A stretch of DNA of 64,000 bases from a virus. The stretch lies in IMG/VR virus record IMGVR_UViG_3300036940_000232, one strand, 5' to 3'. The position numbers and the translations under genes are program-made. A model generated the notes under the pieces. That model was not told the origin of the DNA. It did not search any database and worked only from the letters and a program-made list of their open reading frames with translations. This document shows, piece after piece, positions 55,756 to 63,793 of the stretch; within the stretch, counting starts at the first letter, position 1; every line of letters starts with the position of its first letter.

Positions 55756-56169
55756 ATGGCAAAGGTAGTATTAGTATTCAAACAGGTAATTGACAAGGAA
55801 AACGGATTCAAGAAAATGGTAAAGCTCGAAAGCGTGGAGAACATTGTCTCCAGTGAGGACTTACCAGATGCGTATACACAAGAAGGTATCAACATCGACT
55901 ATGACGAAGCGACGCAAACTCTTGCTATCATGAATGGCACAGAGCTTGTAGCTGACTTTGAAATCGGTGAGATTGTTACGCCTGAGTGCATGGTTGAAAT
56001 CCAGCAGCTTTGTGAGAGAGCAGGTAAGAGGCTCGACATAATTCTTGAAGAACTTCGCGATGCCCAGAAGAATTGGGAAGGTCGTGTAGTTGAGTACGTT
56101 GTCAATGCAGAAGAGGAAGTGACCGGTATAATTGCTCAGATTAAGAAATTTCTTGGGATTGACGCCTAA
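55756..56169 (+). CDS. Hypothetical protein, similar to 52600-52959
   Basis: LP..Y...AG.RL..I. Confidence 0.6.
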   Translation: MAKVVLVFKQVIDKENGFKKMVKLESVENIVSSEDLPDAYTQEGINIDYDEATQTLAIMNGTELVADFEIGEIVTPECMVEIQQLCERAGKRLDIILEELRDAQKNWEGRVVEYVVNAEEEVTGIIAQIKKFLGIDA

Positions 56170-56221
56170 ATTTTGGGCGAATCTTGGTGAAGTAAATAAC
56201 TTCATACCTGGCGAAGAGCCA

Positions 56222-56425
56222 ATGGAGTATAATACACCAAGAACGCTAATGGTTGTAAACCCCGGTAGCATCGGAGTGGACGTTGAATTCATACATGGGA
56301 TGACTTATAGAAAGGCATTATCCAGATATTCAATAGTTCCATATCGAGATTTAATGCCCACCAATATTGGACCAGTACACCCTGATGAAACAATACACGA
56401 GGATGTAACATTCCTTGTGCTTTAA
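56222..56425 (+). CDS. Ubl-like beta-grasp paralog lacking the C-terminal conjugation tail
   Basis: Gap-free alignment to the repeats of 60087-60959 (GSxGxxVE, TYR, M, GxVxPD, VTxLVL), then a stop; exact start uncertain. Confidence 0.75.
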   Translation: MEYNTPRTLMVVNPGSIGVDVEFIHGMTYRKALSRYSIVPYRDLMPTNIGPVHPDETIHEDVTFLVL

Positions 56426-56979
56426 TGGAGGTAAGTATGAAAAGAGGACTATACATTGGAAGGTTTCAGCCCTTTCATCTTGGGCACTTTAATACGCTGA
56501 AAGAAATTGAAGCGATGGAGTTAGTAGATGAACTGATAATTGCAGTGGGTAGCTCGCTCACATCTTATACTCCACGTAATCCTTTTAGCGGCGGCGAACG
56601 TCTCGATATGATAAGGCCGGCGGTTGAAGGTAAATTTGATTTCGGAACATATATTACTGGTATCTCAGACATTGAATACAATCATATATGGGTAGGGCAC
56701 ATGGTTGCTCAGCTCCCGAAATTTGATATGATATTTACTAATAATCCGCTAGTCGGAAAACTTTTCACAGACTTTAATTTTAAAGTAGTGAATACATCTA
56801 TGACTGATAGAGGTAGATATAGTAGCACAGCTATCAGAAATAGTATGTCATCTGGCGACCCAACGTGGAAATACAAAGTCGCTCCGAGTACAGTTAAGTA
56901 TATCGAAGAGTATGATCTTGTGGAAAGAGTTAGAATAGTCAATCAGACAGATGCAGTAATTCCGGTGGCGAATCAATGA
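56425..56979 (+). CDS. nadM: NMN adenylyltransferase (NadM type)
   Basis: IGRFQPFHLGH, NPFSGGER and S.T.IR motifs. Confidence 0.95.
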   Translation: MEVSMKRGLYIGRFQPFHLGHFNTLKEIEAMELVDELIIAVGSSLTSYTPRNPFSGGERLDMIRPAVEGKFDFGTYITGISDIEYNHIWVGHMVAQLPKFDMIFTNNPLVGKLFTDFNFKVVNTSMTDRGRYSSTAIRNSMSSGDPTWKYKVAPSTVKYIEEYDLVERVRIVNQTDAVIPVANQ

Positions 56980-57227
56980 CAGTAGAAGACATTCTTATTA
57001 ATGAAATAGTAAAGAATCCTTTCATAGCAACAGAAGAGTACCTTAAGGAAACAGTTACTATTGATGAGATTGTTAAACCAATTTACAATCTCAAGGATGC
57101 ATAATGCCAGAACTTACAGATATATGTATTTGTGGGCATACATATAAATGTCATATTGGATTGCAAAATGAAGAATGTTTTTTTAATTATAATTGCGAAT
57201 GCAAACAATTCATAGAGAGGAAAGATA

Positions 57228-57305
57228 ATGATCGATAGGTTTACTGGAGAAAATCATCTCGGAAAACTGCTAATGTTAATACGAAAGGAATTGCAAGGAG
57301 ATTAA
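57228..57305 (+). pseudogene. NADAR/YbiA relic (N- and C-termini fused after internal deletion)
   Basis: 25-aa ORF MIDRFTGE-NHLGKLLMLIRKEL; GxNxLGxxLMxxR is the NADAR C-terminal motif. Confidence 0.55.
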
Positions 57306-57307
57306 AT

Positions 57308-58585
57308 ATGGTAACACTAAACGAAGTTTTGGAACGTGTAAATGGATATATAGTTGGCGGTGCAGTAAGAGATAAACTTCTCGGACTTAAGCCAAAAGAT
57401 TATGATGTCTGTACACATATTCTACCTGAAGCAGTATGGCAAATGTTTACCGGACATTGTTATATAGTTGGTGAGAAGTTCGGAACTGTCGGAGTGCATA
57501 CTACAGATGTTGGTGATGTTGAAATCACAACGATGCGTAAAGAGGTAATTCCAGGTCGTAAACCAGTAGTCAAGTGGACAACTAATCTTGAAGAGGATTT
57601 GTCTCGCAGAGATTATACAATCAATGCAATGGCGCTCGATATAGATGGTAATCTGATTGATCCATTTGGCGGCGCTGATGATTTGTTTGCAGGGATACTT
57701 AGAGCGGTCGGTGATGCCAATGAGCGTATAAGGGAAGACCCGCTTAGAATCATGCGTGGAGTAAGGTTTATTGTTAAATATAACCTGCAACCTCAGCGCG
57801 ATTTAACAGAGGCTCTTTGTTACAATACACTTGGCGGACTGAGCAAGGAACGGATCAGAGACGAATTCATGAAAATTCTTGAAGTCAATCCTGTTTACGG
57901 ACTCAAGTGGCTCAAATATATTGGTGTCATAAAAGAGATATCTCCTACGATAGATTCATATTCTCACTATGACCAGAATCCCATATTCCATCCAGAGCTT
58001 GATGTATGGAATCATACACTTCTTGGTATTGAAGATGGATTCAGTAAAGGATTCCCAGTACTTTCACTATTGGCGCACTTGTTGCACGATTGTGGAAAGC
58101 CACAAGCATGGGATGGCTGCCATTATAATGGGCATGAGAATATCGGCGGCGATTATGCAGAAGAATGGATGAGGCATTTCTGTTTCTCAAATGCAGAAAT
58201 AGATGCAGTTAAGTTTGCAGTTAAGAATCATATGAAAGTTTGCAAGTGGAATGAGATGCGAACGTCTAAGAAAATTACAATCGCTCAAAACCCTAATTTG
58301 ACAACGCTCTTGCATGTTCATGAAATGGATTCTGTGGGCCGTCCACTAAAGGAATGTTCAGTAGATAGCATCTTGGAATTCAAAAGTAACATAAAAGAAA
58401 AAGTAAACTGCTACTTGAATGGATTTGAAATCATGGCACAGCTAGAGCTGCCGCCAGGCCCAGGAGTCGGCTATATACTCAATCACTTGATTGAATTGCA
58501 AGTCGAAGGAAAAATCAATGATAGAGATGAAGCTATCAAGTATCTAGCGACAGAGTTCGATTGGAAGGTTACGAATGACATTTAA
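57308..58585 (+). CDS. cca: Class II tRNA nucleotidyltransferase (CCA/polyA polymerase family) with HD domain
   Basis: VGGAVRD.LLG..P.DYD, EDL.RRD.TINAMA, EDPLR.MRG.RF, ERI..E and H...LHD.GK. Confidence 0.9.
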   Translation: MVTLNEVLERVNGYIVGGAVRDKLLGLKPKDYDVCTHILPEAVWQMFTGHCYIVGEKFGTVGVHTTDVGDVEITTMRKEVIPGRKPVVKWTTNLEEDLSRRDYTINAMALDIDGNLIDPFGGADDLFAGILRAVGDANERIREDPLRIMRGVRFIVKYNLQPQRDLTEALCYNTLGGLSKERIRDEFMKILEVNPVYGLKWLKYIGVIKEISPTIDSYSHYDQNPIFHPELDVWNHTLLGIEDGFSKGFPVLSLLAHLLHDCGKPQAWDGCHYNGHENIGGDYAEEWMRHFCFSNAEIDAVKFAVKNHMKVCKWNEMRTSKKITIAQNPNLTTLLHVHEMDSVGRPLKECSVDSILEFKSNIKEKVNCYLNGFEIMAQLELPPGPGVGYILNHLIELQVEGKINDRDEAIKYLATEFDWKVTNDI

Positions 58586-58943
58586 ACTTGTTTATACTGA
58601 AGGCGGCAAATATGTTGCCGACCATAAGGTATTAAGTACAGCACAAACGCAGATTGAATTTTTTAAACGCGGATTTAGTACACAATTCCGGACAGGGCAA
58701 TACATACTCATTGATATGATAATTGCATATGCATTAGTCGACCCAGACTTTGATGTAACTTTACTTGACGTTAGATATATGGGTAAATCATATCCAGTAA
58801 AAGAAGATGGTCGCTGCGAATTCTTATGTGAAGCGAAAGGTTCACCTAAGCATAAACTACTAGATGCACAAATGAAATTCATGCGGGATCAAATTGAATA
58901 TAGAAAGAAATGGAGATGGTCAAGAAGTGATAGAACTGATTAA
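58575..58943 (+). CDS. Hypothetical protein
   Basis: Coupled. Confidence 0.6.
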   Translation: MTFKLVYTEGGKYVADHKVLSTAQTQIEFFKRGFSTQFRTGQYILIDMIIAYALVDPDFDVTLLDVRYMGKSYPVKEDGRCEFLCEAKGSPKHKLLDAQMKFMRDQIEYRKKWRWSRSDRTD

Positions 58944-59023
58944 TTTTGCGGTATATCAATACATATCATTTAACCTTTTTTCTTTTCATATTTTTCAGAT
59001 AGAAAACATGTGGAGGTTAATAT

Positions 59024-59347
59024 ATGGTAAGATTCAACATTGAAATGCTAGCAGAAAGAGACTTAGATGAGCCTGTTAGTTTTATGGGAGTATCATTTAT
59101 ATCAGAAGATGAGCTAGAGGCAACAATTGAGTACTGCGATGAAAATATACGTGCATACTATACGAAATCTTTTCAATCATGCGTATCAGTAGCTCGCACT
59201 GGGATAGGATACATTGAGACAGGGTATGACGAAGAGGATTATGAAACAGATTTCGAGTATTATTATTGCGCAGAATGTGGCGCTGATATAGGAGAGGCAG
59301 ATTATGTAATAGAGCATTGTAGAGACCATGTAAGAGGTGACATATAA
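59024..59347 (+). CDS. Acidic Zn-finger protein
   Basis: GGAGGT RBS; CxxC...H..H. Confidence 0.6.
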   Translation: MVRFNIEMLAERDLDEPVSFMGVSFISEDELEATIEYCDENIRAYYTKSFQSCVSVARTGIGYIETGYDEEDYETDFEYYYCAECGADIGEADYVIEHCRDHVRGDI

Positions 59348-59476
59348 TGTCACTAACAAATTTACTCCGTAAAAAAGTGGAGGATTAATATGATATATAT
59401 AACGATGGTATAAAAGTGTTGGATGAGCAGGAGAATTTCTTATTACGCAAATTCAAAATACAAGAAAAATTGAGGA

Positions 59477-59749
59477 ATGATGGACACAAGGACGCTTCTT
59501 CGCTTCGAGGAAGAAATAAAGAACATATATAATACTGTATCATTTGATACAATATTTGTAGCAAAAGACATAGGTGCAAATGGAAACATCTTAAGAAAGA
59601 TGTGGCAGGAAGGAGTGCTTATTCGAGTCGGCAAGTCCGGCAAATCGATGACATATAAATTGTCAAGTCGTTTGCGTCCACAAGTAGAGGTGATTGTACA
59701 TGGTGAAATTAATTCAGACAGTAACAACAATTCAGAGGAAACGAGCTAA
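59477..59749 (+). CDS. Possible winged-helix protein
   Basis: A.DIG...L.KM..EG.L.RVG pattern. Confidence 0.45.
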   Translation: MMDTRTLLRFEEEIKNIYNTVSFDTIFVAKDIGANGNILRKMWQEGVLIRVGKSGKSMTYKLSSRLRPQVEVIVHGEINSDSNNNSEETS

Positions 59750-60035
59750 GGCCGAAGCGCTAATTGCGTTAATTGAAAGACATATACATGTATATGTTAC
59801 TTCATATGAACTTCAAACTATTGAAGTATATTGGTGTGATCCCGATGATGAGTATAATATTAGTGATATAGAATATTATCACGATGATTACGTTGAAACT
59901 ATTGAAAGTGAAAGGACAGGTTATCATTGCTCTATATGTAATAGAGAAATTGATGACCCAATAGAGCACATGGAAGAGTTTCATAGTGATAAGTTAAATG
60001 AAGAAATCAAAGTGAAACTTCGTCAGTTAAAATAA
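59694..60035 (+). CDS. Acidic Zn-finger protein
   Basis: CxxC...HxxxxH. Confidence 0.55.
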   Translation: MYMVKLIQTVTTIQRKRAKAEALIALIERHIHVYVTSYELQTIEVYWCDPDDEYNISDIEYYHDDYVETIESERTGYHCSICNREIDDPIEHMEEFHSDKLNEEIKVKLRQLK

Positions 60036-60086
60036 TCTGGCAAGTTTATAAGTAAAAAATCGAAAACAATTTGGAGGAATTATTAA

Positions 60087-60959
60087 ATGGTAAGAAAAAT
60101 TTCAGTATCAAAGATGGGTAGCGCAGGAACAGAAGTAGAGATCACAGGGAAGCCAACATACAGGCAGATTGTTGCAGCCGCAGGATTCAGCACATTCAAG
60201 GCAATCATGGCCAACACACTTGGTTATGTAAACCCTGATCACGAAGTTGACGATTCAGTCACCATGCTTGTCCTTGCAGCACCTAAGTTCGATGCAGGAT
60301 ATGGGGCAATCCCATCCATTGAGGTTGAGGATGATGACGGAAACGTTTATACTCTCACTCCATCAGAACCAGTACCTGCAGAGCCAGAGCCAACTGCAAC
60401 AGCAGTAGCTGCAGCTCCAGCAACTAGAACAATCTCTGTATCAAAGATGGGAAGTTCCGGAACAACCGTAACAATCACATCAACAACAACATACAGACAG
60501 GCAGTTGCAATGGCTGGCTTCGAAACATTCAAGGCAATCATGTCCAATACCGGCGGATATGTAAACCCTGATGACGAAGTAGACCCAAGTGTAACAATGC
60601 TTGTACTTGCAGCACCTAAGTTCGACGCCGGCTACGGCGCCATTCCTTCCATCGAAGTCGAAGATGACGATGGGAATGTGTACACACTTACACCACAGGA
60701 GCCAGTTGCAACAGCAACAGCAACAGTAGCTGCACCTGCAGCAACCAGAACAATTTCCGTTTCAAAGATGGGAAGCTCTGGAACAACTGTCACAATTACA
60801 GCGACAACTACTTACAGGCAGGCAGTTGCGCTCGCAGGATTTGAGACATTCAAAGCAATCATGTCAAACACTGGCGGATACGTTAACCCAGACGATGAGG
60901 TTGACCCAAGTGTAACCATGCTTGTTCTTGCTGCACCAAAGTTCGACGCAGGAAACTAA
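60087..60959 (+). CDS. Tri-repeat ubiquitin-like (beta-grasp) precursor
   Basis: Three ~70-aa repeats, each ending LVLAAPKFDAG; two shared linkers; C-terminus DAG-N. Confidence 0.85.
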   Translation: MVRKISVSKMGSAGTEVEITGKPTYRQIVAAAGFSTFKAIMANTLGYVNPDHEVDDSVTMLVLAAPKFDAGYGAIPSIEVEDDDGNVYTLTPSEPVPAEPEPTATAVAAAPATRTISVSKMGSSGTTVTITSTTTYRQAVAMAGFETFKAIMSNTGGYVNPDDEVDPSVTMLVLAAPKFDAGYGAIPSIEVEDDDGNVYTLTPQEPVATATATVAAPAATRTISVSKMGSSGTTVTITATTTYRQAVALAGFETFKAIMSNTGGYVNPDDEVDPSVTMLVLAAPKFDAGN

Positions 60960-60992
60960 GTGAGCCGGAAGCCCCGCTCACTCTTTTATTTA
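60960..60992 (+). terminator. Hairpin plus T-rich tract between the Ubl and E2 genes
   Basis: GTGAGC...GCTCAC stem followed by TCTTTTATTT. Confidence 0.5.
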
Positions 60993-61004
60993 TAGGAGGT
61001 AAAT

Positions 61005-61712
61005 ATGCAAGCGCTTGAAGAACATATACAGACAGTAGAATCTGCAAACTCAGACAATTCTGCTGCAATACGAGAATACAAAATTATAGAATCAAGTCCA
61101 CACTTCCACGATGTAAAGATTGTGGAAGATAAAATAATCTTTACAACAGTGCCTATTCATCTGAATAGTCCAGCAGGAGATTCGCAGACAGTCAATCTTG
61201 GTCGCCTTGAGATTCACATTTATAAGAATGGAAATTACAGGGTATACAGAGATAGAACTTCAGATAGAGATCAAGATCTACCAAGGTCAGGAATTCATCC
61301 GCACGTTGGGTCTGGAAATTCAATATGTCAAGGTAATGCAAATGAGATGTCTCAACTTGCAACGGATAGACAACTTGCAATGCTTGCCACCTTTATCTAT
61401 GAGTTCCTACACCACTATAACATCAGCTCTCCATACTGGAAGCCATACTTCGCAGTGCCATGTATATCATGCGAACACAGAAATACCGCCAGATGCAATT
61501 TCTGCATATGCAATAACTGTGGCAACAGAAGAGGAGACAAGTGTATTGGATGCACTCAGAAGGGAATGACAACTGCAAATACTGCACACAGATATCTTGT
61601 AAGTATCCTTGAGAACAAGCGTTCAGAAGTAGATGAGGATGATTACATTGACTTTGCAGACAGACTTGCAGCATATATTAACAACAGAATGGAGGAGATC
61701 GATAATGTTTAG
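61005..61712 (+). CDS. Prokaryotic E2/UBC-like protein with C-terminal 8-Cys Zn domain
   Basis: HPHV.....ICQGN active-site motif; L..YN..SPY. Confidence 0.75.
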   Translation: MQALEEHIQTVESANSDNSAAIREYKIIESSPHFHDVKIVEDKIIFTTVPIHLNSPAGDSQTVNLGRLEIHIYKNGNYRVYRDRTSDRDQDLPRSGIHPHVGSGNSICQGNANEMSQLATDRQLAMLATFIYEFLHHYNISSPYWKPYFAVPCISCEHRNTARCNFCICNNCGNRRGDKCIGCTQKGMTTANTAHRYLVSILENKRSEVDEDDYIDFADRLAAYINNRMEEIDNV

Positions 61713-62556
61713 AATTTTTGTATTAGCTGAAGCATACGGTAAGATGCTCAGAATGCTTGACTTGATGGATAAAGAAATAGGTGCGCTCATGCTTGGACGC
61801 ATTCACAACGGTGACGCATATGTAGAGGATGTAGTTATCACAAAGCAAGGTGTAACTGGCGCATCCGTCGAGTTTGATGAGGAAGGAATTGACCTTGCAA
61901 CTATGAGAGCAATGGAACAGGGAAAGGTTGTAATTGGATGGTTCCACTCACACGTAAATATGAAGGCATTCTGGTCTGGAACAGATATGAAAACAATCAA
62001 TGACCTGATTGCTCATACTGAAGATTACCTAGTTTCAATCGTATCAAATAAGAAATACGAACATGTAGGGAGAATCGATTACTACGGACAGTCCACATTT
62101 GGAAGAGAGCGCCAGTTTGTAGACAATATCCCAGTAATCCCAGTACTCAATGATCCAGCTGAGTATGATGCCGAAATCAAAGCTGCAATTGCAGAGAATG
62201 TAACAGAAAAGTATATATACTACTCAAAAGGTAAGTATGGAAAGAATAAGGGTAGTAAAACTCATACAGTTATTCATGGCAATCAGTCAGTGTTTGACGA
62301 TAACGGTAAGTACAGAGGATACAGGAAAGATGAGTATGTTGACGACGAAGATGAATTAGGAGTCACATATCAGTTAACTGATGAAGAAATGGATGATATA
62401 CTTGAAGAGCTTAAACAGGAACAGCTAGAAGCTAAAATGGACAAGACAGCTATGCAATTCACAGAAGATGACGCTGAAGTTGCATGGAAAGAGATTGACA
62501 GACTCATGCTCTTAGGAATGTCAGAAGAACAAGCAAAAGCACTAGTACTTGGGTGA
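61705..62556 (+). CDS. JAB/MPN+ (JAMM) metallopeptidase
   Basis: E(IG)...HSH-x7-S-x2-D; start moved to MFRIF at 61705. Confidence 0.9.
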   Translation: MFRIFVLAEAYGKMLRMLDLMDKEIGALMLGRIHNGDAYVEDVVITKQGVTGASVEFDEEGIDLATMRAMEQGKVVIGWFHSHVNMKAFWSGTDMKTINDLIAHTEDYLVSIVSNKKYEHVGRIDYYGQSTFGRERQFVDNIPVIPVLNDPAEYDAEIKAAIAENVTEKYIYYSKGKYGKNKGSKTHTVIHGNQSVFDDNGKYRGYRKDEYVDDEDELGVTYQLTDEEMDDILEELKQEQLEAKMDKTAMQFTEDDAEVAWKEIDRLMLLGMSEEQAKALVLG

Positions 62557-62561
62557 TATAA

Positions 62562-63083
62562 ATGGAAATGGGATTTGACGACTTTGTTACATTCTACAAT
62601 GCATACAAAGGCGACGCAGCACAAACAAATGCAATAAGAGCAATCGACACTATTATTCCGGATGCCATAAATGATATGGTACATTACGTGGCATACAAGC
62701 AGTACGATGTACCGTTGAATCCCGAATGGGCAGATCTTTGTGATGAGTCCATATATAATAGTCAGAGCGCTAGACTTAGAATAGGCCCATTTCTCATGAC
62801 TGTTTGGTCTGAAAGCGCGGCTTATGTCGAGTATTTGCCAGATAATGCAATGATGCAGGAAAGACTTGCACTTGGAGAAGACGATGAGTTCTATAGAGCT
62901 GATAGCGGATTCATGCCGGTATCATGGGACAGCAGGATTGTCATCACATCATTTGGTGAAGTAATACCAAGAGGCGTCGCAGGAGATGAATACATCAATG
63001 CACTTCGCGAAGGTAGACTGAACGATGCAGTGATGCAGATGTTGACAATCATGAGAAAAGAAGTAATCGATTGGAGTAGATAA
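62562..63083 (+). CDS. Hypothetical protein inside the Ubl operon
   Basis: GGTGA RBS; lies between JAB and E1. Confidence 0.7.
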   Translation: MEMGFDDFVTFYNAYKGDAAQTNAIRAIDTIIPDAINDMVHYVAYKQYDVPLNPEWADLCDESIYNSQSARLRIGPFLMTVWSESAAYVEYLPDNAMMQERLALGEDDEFYRADSGFMPVSWDSRIVITSFGEVIPRGVAGDEYINALREGRLNDAVMQMLTIMRKEVIDWSR

Positions 63084-63085
63084 TA

Positions 63086-63793
63086 ATGGCAGATGAAGAG
63101 ATTGAGGTTAATTACCTCAGACAATTAGATTGGTTTAATCCAACTACAATGGAAGCACCTACCGTTCATATTATTGGTTGTGGAGGAATCAATTCCTTTA
63201 CAGCTTTTTATCTTGCGCAGATGGGAATAAAGAAGCTTGTGCTTTGGGACTACGATGAAGTCGAAGAGCATAACATTCCAAACCAGAATTTCCTTTTGGA
63301 ACATATTGGAATGAAGAAGACGACCGCACTTGCAAAACTTATCAAAGATAAAGTAGGCATTGAAGTTAAAGTTAAGGATAGATTCTTCAGTGAAGATTCA
63401 AAAATTACTGACGACAATGCTATTGTGATTGTTGGTACCGATAACATCTCATCCAGAAAAACAGTGTATGAACACTGCAAAGGTAATGAGAAAGTAAAAA
63501 TGTTCATAGATGGTCGTCTAGGCGGACTTGCATTCAATATATTTACAATCAATCCGCACGAAGAATCTGACCAAGAACTCTACGAAGAAAACTTGTTCGA
63601 AGAAGGTGAATCAGACGGTCTTCCATGCACAGCGAAATCAATCATATTCGTTGGTGCTCACATTGGTGCACTTATTTGTCAGCAAGTATTTGCTATAATG
63701 ACTGAGCGCCCAGTTACGAAGAACGCATGTTATGATCACCTGAACAATCTTATTGATATAGATGGTAAGGCGATTATGTATGGTACAGCATAA
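63086..63793 (+). CDS. ThiF/E1-like adenylyltransferase
   Basis: RQ, IIGCGG, DYD.V..HN..NQ, K, GTDN..SR, DGR.G and candidate catalytic PCT. Confidence 0.9.
   Translation: MADEEIEVNYLRQLDWFNPTTMEAPTVHIIGCGGINSFTAFYLAQMGIKKLVLWDYDEVEEHNIPNQNFLLEHIGMKKTTALAKLIKDKVGIEVKVKDRFFSEDSKITDDNAIVIVGTDNISSRKTVYEHCKGNEKVKMFIDGRLGGLAFNIFTINPHEESDQELYEENLFEEGESDGLPCTAKSIIFVGAHIGALICQQVFAIMTERPVTKNACYDHLNNLIDIDGKAIMYGTA

Noticed and set aside
63086-63793. Thiamine/molybdopterin biosynthesis ThiF/MoeB
   Set aside because: No biosynthetic partners or Zn CxxC motifs; the E2, JAB and Ubl neighbours fit conjugation better.
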